A stretch of DNA of 63,266 nt, filler included, from Conidiobolus incongruus B7586 (Eukaryota): assembly GCA_000697335.1 (NCBI GenBank). It is 4 parts of 4 records of this genome, joined end to end, with 100 filler letters (N's around TTAATTAATTAA, not from the genome) between each part and the next. Parts side by side here need not be neighbours in the genome. Positions count along the whole stretch, not along the records: positions 42,824 to 57,532 come from JNEM01006069.1; positions 57,633 to 63,266 come from JNEM01006075.1; 2 more parts are not named here. The stretch is one strand, 5' to 3'. Within the stretch, counting starts at the first letter, position 1, and each line of letters starts with the position of its first letter. Below, piece by piece: positions 47,052 to 60,837 of this stretch. The position numbers and the translations under genes were made by a program. The notes beneath the pieces were generated by a model. The model had not been told where the DNA came from, did no database searches, and saw only the letters and a program-made list of their open reading frames with translations.

Positions 47052-48569
47052 TTAATTTGTAATCATTGATTTTATGTGTTTTTTAATTTGGGTTAAATGT
47101 AAATAGTTCGTATCCCATCCCACTTCCTTTAACTTTTCGTAAAAGCATTCAAATTCCTCAAGATCTAACTCCAAGTTGGATGATTGATTTGATGAATTTT
47201 GAGAAAGTTTATAATTGATCCAAGCTGCGTGGAAGTAACCTTGAAGTATGTGACAGTTGGATGGGGTGTCAATGTACCATAAATAAATTTTGTTGTTCTT
47301 GAGATGAACTAGGTAGTGATCATGGTTTTGGAGAGATTGCTGTAATTTTTCAACTAATTTGGTATCGGTAAAGATAAATTCATTAAGATTAGGATTGATT
47401 ATGATGGGGTGTTTGAATTTAGTTTTAAAGGGGAAGACGAAAGTTTCGGTTTGAGAGACTTGTTTTGGCGTGAGTAATTTGAGAGTATGGTTAAATGGTT
47501 GATGCGTATTGATAGGATGTTGCTTTTCGAAATAGTGACTAAGAATAATTTCAATTCTTTGGGGATTTAAATTCTTGGTGATTACAGCATTGTTGGAGAG
47601 ATAGGTCCAGTGCAGCGACAGATAGCAGAAGGGTATAAACGCTACCAATACTTTAATCAGCTCCCCTCCAGTTAATGATGACACTCCAATACCGATTGCA
47701 GTCCCGATGACTGAAGCAGCAGTAATTTGAGAGCCAGATTTACCAGTAATATCACCCAAACTAAAGCAAATTAAATTAGTGTCACATTGCCAATAGAGCG
47801 ATTCAATCATTATTACTTGTTGTGCAAAGCAAAACTCTGATTCATAGGAGCCCTCGTCGCAGAGTTAGCCAACCATGAAATATTTTTAAATATGTTAGAA
47901 ACTGAAGCAAGGGGAAGAAATAGGTGAGGTACGAGTGGCGAGAACACCTCCATCAAGTAAGAAACTTGCATCACTATAGAGCTAATAAATCGATGGCGCT
48001 TCGGCTCACTGTCGAATCGACCTCCCATTCGACTGGCATAGACTACACCTCCGAGCTGACCAAGTCCGTCTTTAATAATCCAATTTAGAGCAGCAGCCAT
48101 CTAAATACTGATTAAAATTATATTCACTTTAAAAAACATAAAAAATATTGGTTACGGGTATGGCTCCATTGCCCAAACCCACAGCGAATAACAAACTCTG
48201 CATTGAGAGGACACCAGTTACAGTACCCGCTACATTGGACAAAAATTGATACTTTGTAAATGGCCAATACCCTGAAGCTACAGAGTTTGGAAAGTCTTTT
48301 GGTAAAAAAGTAGTAACAAATCTGGATTGAAAATCATTTTTTAAGGTGTACCACCGATTTGTAATTGTCACATTTTTCAATTTGTTTTCTTTTTGTATTC
48401 GATTTACTTGTAAGTCATTACTTGTGTCAATTTCAAGTTGATTCAAATGATTTATGAAAAATTTCTTTGAAGTTTGTTCAATAACGATTTTAGTAGTATT
48501 ATGATGCAGTCTCGTTTGAACATAGTATATATTAACGGGTTTAATGGAATTATTTATTATATTTATCAT
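47052..48569 (-). CDS. RUS1/C16orf58 (DUF647) family protein, 3 exons
   Basis: Exons 48569 (or 48623)-48156, 48100-47817 and 47760-47052. Motifs FLPKDFPNSV, LLFAVGLG, AAALNWIIKDGLGQLG, FDSEPK and NLGDITGK. Confidence 0.92.
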
Positions 48570-51500
48570 TTTAATTGATTTATATAATTGAGAAAGAGTT
48601 ATGATTTCACAATTTGATCTCATTGATTAAATCTTATTGATGATAGAATGACATTTGAATTTTTGCATATGAAACATGATATCAACTTAAATTTTAGTTT
48701 AATATCAATGTATTTTGTAAATTAATTGAAATGATGCTAATATAATACTGTACAATCTAAATTATCTATTTATATAAGTTGAGTAAAATTTGGTAGTTAA
48801 ATTTAATCAACTATAACTTTAAATTAATAGAATCATAATTTTTGAATTAATCTCTTGATTATTGTATCTTTCATCTTGTTTATCTAGTAGTTCATGAGAA
48901 ATTATTAGATTTATTATTTGTGAATATTTCATATTTTTTGTTGAAATAATATATATAATTTTTTCTATAGCATTTGAATGATTTTCAAACAAATATTATT
49001 CATATGTAGTAACTTTCATAATAGATATTATCAAATGAATACTTTTGAATAAAATGGAGTATAGTAATATCAATGAATATTATGAATGTAAAAATCTTTT
49101 TATGGTTGTATTTCTCAATTTGCAAAAGATATTTACTGAAATATGAGTAGTTTTTCGCTGAGATTATTATAAATTATAGGTACGTATTGGAATAAATTAC
49201 AATAACAGTTCATTTAAATTTACCCTAAATGAATAACAATTACAACTTTGATATATGACAATGCTAAAAATTACAAGCCACTTATCCAAATATTATAAAT
49301 TTAGGACATTATAATTAATATTAGAATTTGAATTTTTTTGAACAGTAATTTTTTTAATTGATGTTAATAGGAACATATGATGAGTAATATATTTGTAGTA
49401 TTGACAAATTTAGAGTATTATGAAATACGATTAATACAAGATAATATATATATATTATAAGGAAGAGCATAAATTAGTGGAATAAACAGTTAGAAAACAT
49501 TATTTCTAGTATTTGAGTAAATATAAAGTTACCAAATAATCAAATGAAATTATTTAATATTAGAAAATATTGAAATATAAATTGATTCTATATATATCTA
49601 ATATAAAAAAAGAATATGAAATTTAATATAAATTTTTTATATTAATAATTATAGTAATACTGATAAAGTAAATCTTTTAGTTGATACAAAATTCCAGAGC
49701 TATTACAAAGCTTGAATATTTGATTTAAAAGAAAAAATTGAACTACACCATGTAATTTAAACATTTGATAATCACAAAAGTTTTTTTTGATATATATTAA
49801 AAATAGAAAACATATTACAATTTATTAATTTTATTATTACCTATCAAACTAAACTATTGATTTTACACTATCAAAAATTTGATTTTTATTTGATTTGGAT
49901 TTGATTAAACTCAGAAAATCAAAAAATTGACATTAAATTTAAATGTTACTTTATTAAACTTAAAATATATTCAAAAACCAATCTATATTAAATATTATTA
50001 AAGCAACAAAAGATGTTTTCATATAATTGATTTTATTCATATATTGAAAAGTGATTAATATTAAAAGGAATACAATGACTAAATTTACATAAATATATCT
50101 AATTGATACTAAAATGAATAGATTAATTCCTAAAGGACATTATTCCAGTATCTATCATTAGAAAATAATAAAAGATCCTTGTTTATTTGAAATGAATCCA
50201 TTTCTGCTTAAATTGATCTTCATATTTCTTTGACTGTTGATTTTTTTCTTCAGACATCTTGTTAATTAACTGATAATTTGTTTCAGTTATAGTTTATTAT
50301 TCAAAATGCATATGAGTTATTCTATAATTACTATAGTTTATTAACAAATAATAACAATATATTAAATATATATTGATAATAATCGTAGTTTAAGCTTTCA
50401 GTCATATTGCAATATTTTCAGAACATTTAATCTTATCTCACATTTAACATTCAACATATTTGATTATTATTATAAATATCTTAGCCTCTTAAACTTGAGA
50501 CATTAAGCAAAACATCTACAGTCTATTAATAAAGCAAAAACTCTTGAAATATTGAATATAATTGATAATTGATAATAGAGTTGTAAAAACACTAACAAAT
50601 GTGGAATTGGTTGTCAAATAGTTCTCCATCTATCAAAAGATGTGTAGAAAACCAGTTTTCCTTCTCATCCTTTAGGATAATACATTACTATGTATCCTTG
50701 TTGGGTTGTATTAATTTTGATTTGCACACCCTTTATGTTATCATTAATGTCAATACTGTGATTTATTTCTATAATTTAACAACAATTATAGTGTTTCGTT
50801 TGATGAATAATTTCAGGGAACATTATTCCTTTCAATCAGAGCCCTAGGTCAACTTATATTTATTTGACCTTGACACATTTTGGTTTAAAATATTCAATCA
50901 CTTAATATCAAAATATTTACCAAAAATCAAAAATCAAATGCCAAAATATTTTGAATTTTAAAAATGATTGTATATAATAAACTATAAAATATAATAAATA
51001 TTTTAACAATTTAAATAGAACTGAAAAATATTGCAATATTTTAAGTTAAAGAAACTTAATTTTTCAAATGCATGATTCAAGTTTTTTCATAAATTCATGT
51101 TACAACTGTGATCAGCCAGCCACTCTATTAAATTATGTCATATATTTTCGTAACTATCCCGCTGTATTTACCCACACTTAGCTTCACAATAGTATTACTA
51201 TGCTGACACCCACATGGATTTTGTAACAATAAAAGCCTTCATAACTTTTGTATATAATATATTGATATAAACTTCAATAAACAAGACATCTTTCATACTC
51301 ATCTATATCAATAAGCTCGTCCTTTCGCTTATCTCGCTTTACCTACGATCACAAAAGCACATATTTTATTCAAACTTATCCTGTTTTACTTTCACAACTA
51401 ATAACTACATTATGATATAATAAGATTCACTTTACTATATATTCAGAAGTTTTTCAACAAATTACTAGTAATTTCAAGATCAGCATATCCCATAACAAAT

Positions 51501-52492
51501 ATAGGTAGAATAAAAATATAGACAAGTCACTTTAATTAATAATAAAAATAATAATTATATTGACAATGGACAATACCAAATTAATTCAGCAAAAAATTGA
51601 ATATTTAAACCAGTTTAACGGTTTTGACGCTATAATAAGTAAATGGGTAGTCATTATTTCATATAATAATCCAGCTATATATTAATATTTATTAATTTAG
51701 ATTACTTTAATCTATTCTAAAAGTAATGGAGATTGTGAATTTGAATTTCAAGTTAAAAATATTCATACAGTAATAAATATTATATAAATGAGTCGTATAA
51801 TTGAATGTTAATATAGTTGATCTTTAGGATAACAAAGGATTTTTAAGCAATTCAATTCTTAGCTCCTTAATTGATTATATTGGATCTATATCCATTTTAT
51901 CCTATCCTCCAAAGTTATTAACTGTAACTTCTGATCTCAATATGACTTTTTTTTCAAAAGCTAAAATAGGAGACAATATAATTATAGTAAATATATAATT
52001 TTATTTGATTCTAGCATTATGCTTATACCATATATTCTAAAAGATCGGGAATACTATTGAAGGGAATAAATTGGCTAATTTTGCAGAAGTTAAATTAGTT
52101 ATTTCAGGCACGAAGCAATTGATTGCTAAAGGATCAATCACTAAAATAGCTATCACTGGAAAACTTTGATCCTATCCTATACTCCAATTGAATTTATTTA
52201 CGATTAATAAATGTAAAATGTACTTTATTAAATAATCAAATCAGATTTCTTCATTTTTAATTAGTTTGATACTACATTTATAAAAATATTAGATAAACTT
52301 GATAAAATACAATAGGATATAATAATATATTATATTAATTGAATTTACAAAATTGAGACTGGCTCAAAAGGTTTATTAAAAATTAAATTTGATTAAAATT
52401 ATATTATTAGTGTATGATAATATATTAAATTTTTTAAAATGGAGGTTGATGAAGGTATATATATAAATATACTAAATAAATTTACAATATTT

Positions 52493-54590
52493 TTAAAGGA
52501 ACCCTTGGAGATCGCTAGGGAGATAGGATACCAGTTTGTCCAATTGACTTTGAAGTTGAACGACGCAGCTTGATGAACTGTTAGAGCTGGGATGAGAATG
52601 ATAAGGCGACTTTTTAATCTCATCCAAGCGCTCTTTAAGCTTCATGATCACATCAACGATTTCAATTTCTTGTTTTTTTTGTACCCAGCCAGATACATCG
52701 ACAGTACACAAGTGTTGGACATAGCGAAGCTTCAGTTGGAGCTCGGAAGACTCAAGAGTCTGATGAAGCCAGGTAGCAAAATTACCAGATCTCAAGAATT
52801 GCTTGTACAATTCAATGTTCCAGTCCGATTTAGATGACCCGAGAGTTTTACTGTGGCTAGTTAAAGATTTGAGGAAATCGTCGGGTTTAAATGGCTTCAT
52901 AATAGGCATTGGACCGTTCAAAGTCCATTGGGTGTGACTGGGGAAAAGAGTGGTCATGTAGCGATTTAAAGGCAGTAAGAATTTTTGTGTTAACTCTCCA
53001 AAGTAGCGTCTGAGTCTGTTGTTTAAGACTGTAGCAGATCGATCACCCTGAAGGAGAGCTGATGTTAAATTGCGAATTGTGGTAGAATCGTGAATAAGAC
53101 AAGATTTTCTAGAAGTGTAAATACCTTGCTTCAATCCTCCATTGGGTGTGGTACAGCGGGAGGTAGTATTGAAAGCAGCAAATGGATTAGAGTGATTGAC
53201 ACGATGACGATGGCGTTTAGATCCGTTAGCGACGGCAGGTTGACCAGTGCCAACTTGAATCCAATGAGGCCAATGAGCCAAAGCATCAGAAAAATGAGGA
53301 TTGGTTACTCCAATAATGGTATTGGGTGGCACTCGGTTTTTTGATGCAAAGCTCTTAAAATCTGGATCTTGAATAGTAACATATGGTCTAAAATCCCCGC
53401 AGTAAGGAATAGGTTTAATGAGATCTAAAAGCTCAGTAATCACTTGAGAACAAGTGGATGGATCCGGACCCATAACTACCAAAGGTTCTCCTAGTAACAT
53501 AAGCTCCCAGATAGACCAAAGTTCTTCAAGTTTGTCCCACCAGTGGAAAAGCAATCCAGGTGATCCAATATCGGGCACAGATGCCATAATAGGAATATCC
53601 ATTTCAACTTGACCGCTAATCTCACTGGAGTTTGTTGTCAATTGGCTTGTTTCCAATAATTGAAGAGTTGGCTTATTAGAGTCAGGCATTTCAACTCTTA
53701 AGACTTTCCCAGATAAGGGAAGTTCAAGATTTTTAGCGAATACAGGATTGGGCCATTGAGCGATATTTCTTAATACTGAGTCGAGATAAATGTCAGCAGT
53801 GCGATTAGGAGTATTGGCATCAGTTTGTTTATAATCCAATTCAAAATACTTAGAACCAACGGTTCTAACAACCGATGTGAATAGTCCGACTGTTGTAGAG
53901 AAAGGAAGTGGTGTAATCAAAACCAATGATTTCTATTAATTTTTAGCGTTAAAAAACGAGAAAAATAGATAAAAATCAGAGCTATGTATTTACCTGATAA
54001 TAACCTCTCCTAATTCTGGAATCTTTCTTTTGTTTGAAATAAGTATATGCATAATAAAATCCATCTGTCTTGACTTGGTTAGAGCTACTAGAGTGTCTAA
54101 TACGGAACTGATAAACCATATCGCCACTTTCAAAAACTCGAGTATCTGGAAAAGCGGAAAAACAAATATTTTTCTCCTCACTCTCGCTAAAGGGGAAAGG
54201 TGGATAAATTTTATCGATAGCTTGACCTGTCTCTAAGTCAAAGCGAACTACACAAAATGCAAAACACCAACGGTGTAAACTCTTTAATTGCTCTGGAGTG
54301 AATTCTAAATTGGAGAAATAATCCTCCTTTTCAAATTCTAACGGTGTTGTTGCGGGACTGGATTGAGCAGATGCATAATCAGAAGAACTCAAACTATCCG
54401 AGTCCTGGCTATCTTGAGAGTCATTTGTGTAAATATTTAATGGTGAGCATGGCATAGAGGTGATATTATGAATAGTAGAGCTGGTGATATCAATATCAAT
54501 TTGACTTTTGGCTTTAATGCGACTATCTTTTATCCCAGTAAAACTTGAATTATTTCGAAATAAAGGCATGGTAGTGGTAGTAGTTGTCAT
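52493..54590 (-). CDS. DENND6/FAM116-like DENN-domain Rab GEF, 2 exons
   Basis: The intron 53993-53933 joins RRGYYQ|KSLVLI. Motifs FDLETGQ, AFPD, WELMLLGEPL, DFRPYVTIQD and GVTNPHF. Confidence 0.9.
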
Positions 54591-56877
54591 ATTTTTACAA
54601 AATTATTAATATATTTTGGGTAGAAGTATTTAACAAAGTAAATAATTTGTTTGTAACGTTTTAAAGAATATAAGCAACTCTAATAAAAATACAGTAATAT
54701 AAACTAGCTGGAAATTCCCTGCTAAAGTTGCTCAATACGGCTTAAGAATATAAAACAATATTGGTGGAAGTTTATAATACAATGACAGATTAGATATAGT
54801 GATATATTTTCGCTTAATTTACAGTTAAACTATATTTCGAGACTCTCTTGCTATTTATATCAATTTATTTATTATCCCTTTAATATTCTTGATCACAATA
54901 TATGTCACTCACAAATTGACTTCAGCCAGTTTTGTAATACCTCATTTTATAGGTTCATTGATTTGGATATTAATTTTACCCAAATCAGTGTAACTCCCCT
55001 TCTCTCAAAAAATTAAATCAAATCTCTCTAATATTTGATTGGCCAGCTGCAAGTTTGAAGGGTTGTAATTGGACCGCATTATCATAGATAGTGCGGGCTT
55101 TCTGTTTTACGCTTATTGGCTAATTCATCTAAAGTAAAAACAATTAACCCAACAGTGTTTAGCTAAACTGATAATAATTCAAGTTTAATCTACCACCGCC
55201 AATCCTGTAAATGATGAAAAAAAATACAAATTCAACTATTATTTTATCAGAGATATTGCACAAATTCACCAATTTTTTGCCAGTTTTGATATTAAGCTCA
55301 GTTGTAGAATTAAAATTTTTTTGAAAATATGAGAAAAAGACTCTAATCATCTGATCTATCTAAACTTCAACCAATCATTAGTTAATATGGACCAATTTAA
55401 ACAGAACTATTCGATTTCAAATAAATTCTCATTAATTTGTTACATTTAGGTTATTATGGCTATCATTATCAACTTCAACACCGCAGTCTTAAAATCCATC
55501 TATTTTCTCCATATATTTATCTATTATCTAATCATTTAACAATCAACTCGCCTCTCAAACCGTATTATGAGGATTTTTAGTCAATTTAATCACCCTAATT
55601 GCATATCAAATTAAACATGATCAATTTCATAAATATTCAATCATTTGGAACAACAGCATATATAAATCATAATATAAACAAGCATGGAATTATATTAATA
55701 TGAAATATAATTAAATAGTAATAATTTGTTAATATTTACTTTTTTACCCTATTATTTACTATGATATATTTAATTTATTATTTAATCTTTGAAATTTTAC
55801 AATATATTGAATTCTCTTAATTTGATTATTTAAGTTATAAATATCTATTCAAATATACATAAATATACAATACTATGTCTTTTTGATTCTATATTCACAT
55901 CACAATATTTGTTGATTTTATATTAAATTTTCTTTCGAATATTATAAACATCACAATTATTAACATTTAGCCGAATTTTTAGTAATTAATTAGAAAGAGT
56001 TATAAAGAAAAATAATGTATTAACCCGAACTAAAATATCATCCAAATATATGACAATATATAGTATAAGGTCATTTTATTTGTAATATTAACCATATTTA
56101 CTCATAAATATTCATCAATCAATCTTCATCATACTTATATTTTTAAAGCTAATGTCTGCAAACTAGAAAATCAAATGACAAAGATATTTCAATATTTCTG
56201 GTAATCTAATGACCTTTAAATAAGGACAGCTATTAATTAAATCCATATAAATAAGGATTTGAAATTATTAGAAATTATTCTTAAATTGACGAGATGATTA
56301 TGCAATATGTTATAAAAATAAATACTCTTTTTCAATTGACAAAATACATGAAATGTACATATATATATATATGTATATTCATCAATTTTCCTCGTGATGA
56401 TTATAATATTCAACATTAGTTAAAAATTAATAATTATTTTATGTTTAATCGAAACAAAAAAATTATGCTCAACTATGAAATATTGATCCAAATATAAATA
56501 TTCTAATATATTAAGATCTCAAGTTATAACTCAATAAATGGGAATAGATATTGTTTGTATTTTTTCAGTATAAAGTGATAAATTGATTATCAAAGCACAA
56601 AATCATTTTATTTCAAAAACATTGCAATATAGTTTTAAGAAATATACCATATTTACAATTAATCAACTGTTTTAAATTTATTAAATATATTTCACTTATT
56701 TAATTATTTGTTTAGACATTCTACCGTCATTGTAACTTAAGAGATTAAAATTTATTTATATTAGTATATATACTTCTATAAGATTTTGTTGATATATGTA
56801 TATTAAATTATTAAATTATTAGATTTCTGTTTATTGTTCTAGTATAAATAACTAATAAAATACTCTATATTATACTA

Positions 56878-57532
56878 TTACTTTGTAATTTAAATAATGG
56901 GAATTTTTTGCGATTGAAAAAAAATAAACATTTTAATATATACAAAGTAAAAATAAATATATAATATAAAATTAATAATTTCCTTTATTTCTAATAACTT
57001 TTTGCCATACTTTTGGCAAAGATCTAACACCTAAAAAACAGTTCTTTTTATTAAGGACTGAAATTTGATGTTTCACAAACCAATTAAATTTTCCTGCAGA
57101 AATTTTCTTTCCTGCAAGCTGGTTTTTTAATTGCCTAAAACAATTATAATCACATGGGTTATAATCTGGGGAATATACTAGATGTGGTAGTTCTTTCCAG
57201 TTATTTTTAATTAGAAAGTTTTTTACAACTTTAGATTTATGTATTTTACAATTATCATGCAAAATAATAGGTCTTCTCAAATTATATTGAGAATACCAAT
57301 TAGAAATAGTTTTATTTAAAAAAAAATATAAAGTTTATTATTAATGGATTTTCCTTTAGGAACTAAATAAGAATAGCATATGCCATTATAATCTATTGCT
57401 ACAATTAACATTCACTTATCAATAAAGTGTTTATTTAAAGGAATTTGTGGAGGGGGTTGATTTGGTTTAATCCAACACCTTGATTTATGTTTTGGCAAAG
57501 GATTATACAAAGGAATCCAAGATTCATCAATT
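56878..57532 (-). mobile_element. Mariner (DD34D) element, 3' half, truncated by the gap; transposase pseudogene
   Basis: IDESW ... K*MLIVAIDYNG ... HDNCKIH ... YSPDYNPCDY, with 34 residues between the 2nd and 3rd Asp. TA target precedes the TIR. One CGA>TGA stop and one homopolymer frameshift. Confidence 0.93.
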
Positions 57533-57632
57533 NNNNNNNNNNNNNNNNNNNNNNNNNNNNNNNNNNNNNNNNNNNNTTAATTAATTAANNNNNNNNNNNN
57601 NNNNNNNNNNNNNNNNNNNNNNNNNNNNNNNN
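57533..57632. other. Assembly gap spacer
   Basis: N44-TTAATTAATTAA-N44. Confidence 0.97.
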
Positions 57633-57682
57633 TAATTCAATTTAATAATTTTTTTCAATTGATCTAAGCAGACTTTATTTAG

Positions 57683-59171
57683 GATGGATCTGATAAATTC
57701 AATCCTTTAAGATTTGACAGAATTTTATGTGATGTACCTTGCAGGTAATTTATCCAACACTAGCATTTGTATATCAATCTCTAATTTTTGATATTTTTTA
57801 TAGTGGTGATGGTACACTTAGAAAAAATATCACCATCTGGAAAGATTGGGTCCCTACCAACGGTTACAGTCTTCATAACCTCCAAGTTAATATCCTGTCC
57901 AGAGGTATCCAAATGCTTAAGCCTGGTGGTCGAATCGTTTACTCTACTTGTTCATTGAACCCAATTGAAAACGAAGCTGTAATCGCTACTGTCCTTCAAA
58001 AATACGCTCCATATGTCACCCTTAAAGACGTTTCTAATGAACTTCCTGAGCTTAAACGCGCTCCTGGTTTGTCTACTTGGAAAGTATTGAATAGTGAAAA
58101 CAAAGAAGTCGATGATGAAGAACAATTGGGACCTAAACGTCGTAAGTGGATGGTACCTACCTTTTTCCCTCCATCTGATCCTTCTGGCCTTCATTTGGAA
58201 AGATGGTAATTAGTTGAATTATACATTCTCTAATTTATACTGATCTCCTTTTTAGTGTTAGAATTTATCCTCATCATCAAAATACTGGTGCATTCTTTGT
58301 TGCTGTCTTAGAAAAGTCTTTGGATGCTCCTCTCAAGATGGAAGCCAAGGCCAAGGCAACCGAAACTGAAACCGAGGCTCAAGCTGAAAATGAAGCTGAT
58401 GCTGATGCCGCAATTCAAGCCGAATCTGTTGATATTTCCGATGCTACTATTATTGACGGTGACAACGTCGAATCTGCACCTGTTACGGAAACCGAACCTA
58501 ACACTCCCGAAACCAAGGAGCAAGGAAATGGTGAACAAGTGAAAGCTTCTCGTTATAAGAATGGTAAATACGTTGAAGAACCCTTCATCTTTTTGAAACA
58601 GGATGGCAGCGAAGCTGACAACATTCGCAAACATTATGGTCTCGAAAAATTCCCTCTTAACCAATTATTGGTTCGCTCTGAAAGCAACAACAATGGTAGT
58701 GTCAACTTTGTTAGTTCATCAATCGCTAAAGTGCTCAAAGCTAGAAATGCTCACAGAATCAGAACAGTTTACACAGGTATTAAGACATTTATCAGAACTG
58801 ATGCTTCTAGAAACCTTGAATGTCATTTCCGTATCCAATCCGAAGGTGCTGGCGCTGTTTTGAGCACACTTAAGCCTGAACTCGTAATCAATGTTACACT
58901 CAAGGATATGTATGCTGTCCTCAATGAACGCAATCCCTTCTTCAACAAATTATCCGATCACTTGCAAAAGAAATTAGAGGGATTATCCAACCGCTCAGTA
59001 GTTATTATCTTCGACCCTAAGACTCATGAACCCGAAGCTGGTGCTGAATACGAGCTCTGCCCCTATTTCAACACCAAATTATTGTATCCTCTCTGGGTTG
59101 CTCCTACTAGTGTCAACCTCTTACTTAATGACAATGAAAAGAAGAGTTTGAAGGCTAGATTATTTAAATAG
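57683..59171 (+). CDS. NCL1: tRNA m5C methyltransferase (Trm4/NSUN2), 5' part missing
   Basis: Exons 57683-57744, 57804-58205 and 58256-59171. Motifs FDRILCDVPCSGDGTLRKN, VYSTCSLNPIENEAV and RCVRIYPHHQNTGAFFVAV. Confidence 0.94.
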
Positions 59172-60837
59172 ATATCACACGGTTGAAGTGTTTAGATTGA
59201 ATATTGATTAATAAAAGATAGGTATATATTAGCTGTTATTAACATGTATTCGGTGCAAAGTATTTTTTATAATCTATTTGCTCAAATTCGATATGTGATT
59301 AAATTTAACCTATTAAAAAAATTCTGAAACTTATGAGATTTTGTTTATCCTTACAAAGCTTCAGTAATATTGAAATAATTCAAATATATGATATTATTGA
59401 ATAATATCAATACTTTGTAGTAAACAATATTTTATTTGAAAGTAATTAAATATAATAATACTTGATATATAACAACATACTTAATCTCATCAATTGTTAA
59501 ACAATCAACATTTAGTGAACTATACTTCAGTTTTATAGAGAAACGATTTTTTGATAAAATCATTTTTTAATATAAATCATTTCAGTTATATATACTGAAT
59601 ATGTTTTCAATTAATAATAGATCACTTAATAAACTCTTAATATACAAGCATTTGATTAAATTATATAATTTGAATAACATAATACCTCCAAAAATGTTTA
59701 TTTTCTCGCCTATCAATATATTCCAAAGACAATGGATTAAATTATAATTAATCATACAATGTTCTGTCATCTCCATTGAAATCTATTTAGTTCATTTTAT
59801 TTATGACTATTCCAAATTCAAATATATTACTTAAATCAGATGATCTCAGGATAAGATAATTGAAATTAGGTGAAATTAAGATAATGTGAACACATTATAT
59901 TAATCAAAAGAGAATTTTATATCAATTATCACAATCTGGACATAAAAACAATAAAATATAAATTGGATCAAAATTTTATCAAATATAAAATAGTTAAAAG
60001 AACCCAATATATCTAATATAACTGGAAAGATTTTATTAATTTTTCATTTTAGATTATTAATTTCATATTAATTTTTATTCATTTTAATTAAATGGGTTCT
60101 TGAATAGGGTTTATAGTTTATTAATTTTTTCCTAATCTTAATAATAGTCTATGAGTGATGGATGTCGTATAAAATTAAAGGTCATTAATAAATTATATAT
60201 TTTTTAATATTATATATGTCTCTATTAAATTATGTTATTTTTTAAATATATCTCTATTTAAAACTGAGTATACTTCAAACAATTAGGATATAATTTTTAT
60301 TAATATATATAACATTAAAAATATTTTATAAATTAAAATGTGTATATGCACTTTTATTGGATCGATTATCATTTTGAATATATGAGATTAAAATATGGGG
60401 AAAATTTTTCAATTAAGTGATCCATATCAATTGGAGAAAGTTGTAGTTAATCAATGGGAAACAGATATTTGTTCAATGTGTAGAAATGCCTCAGGATATA
60501 TTTTAAGACGAATAGGAGAGATATTAACCATAATTTCAGCCAGGGATTCTAAAATTATAATTGGAATCTCGATTAAGTCAAGAGTTATAACCGTGTGTTT
60601 CTCCTCAACATTCCAAATTCAGCTCAAGGATATTGAACTTCTTTTTACAGCTCATTTGGCCCCTTCACGTGATGGAATATGAATTAATATATAAGATTTA
60701 ATTGCTTAATTCAAACCATTTGATCAATAGAAACCAACTCAAATTTTTCTGAATCAGTTTAATCAAAAATTAATTCCCCATTCCGCTAACCAATTGCCTC
60801 TTTGACTTAAACTCTATTTTATCCAACCATCTCCAAT

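Noticed and set aside
50599..50847. 82-aa ORF
   Set aside because: No motif and no coding-like bias.
60395..60682. 95-aa ORF upstream of the Cdc25-like gene
   Set aside because: No recognisable domain and no clear splice link to the downstream CDS.
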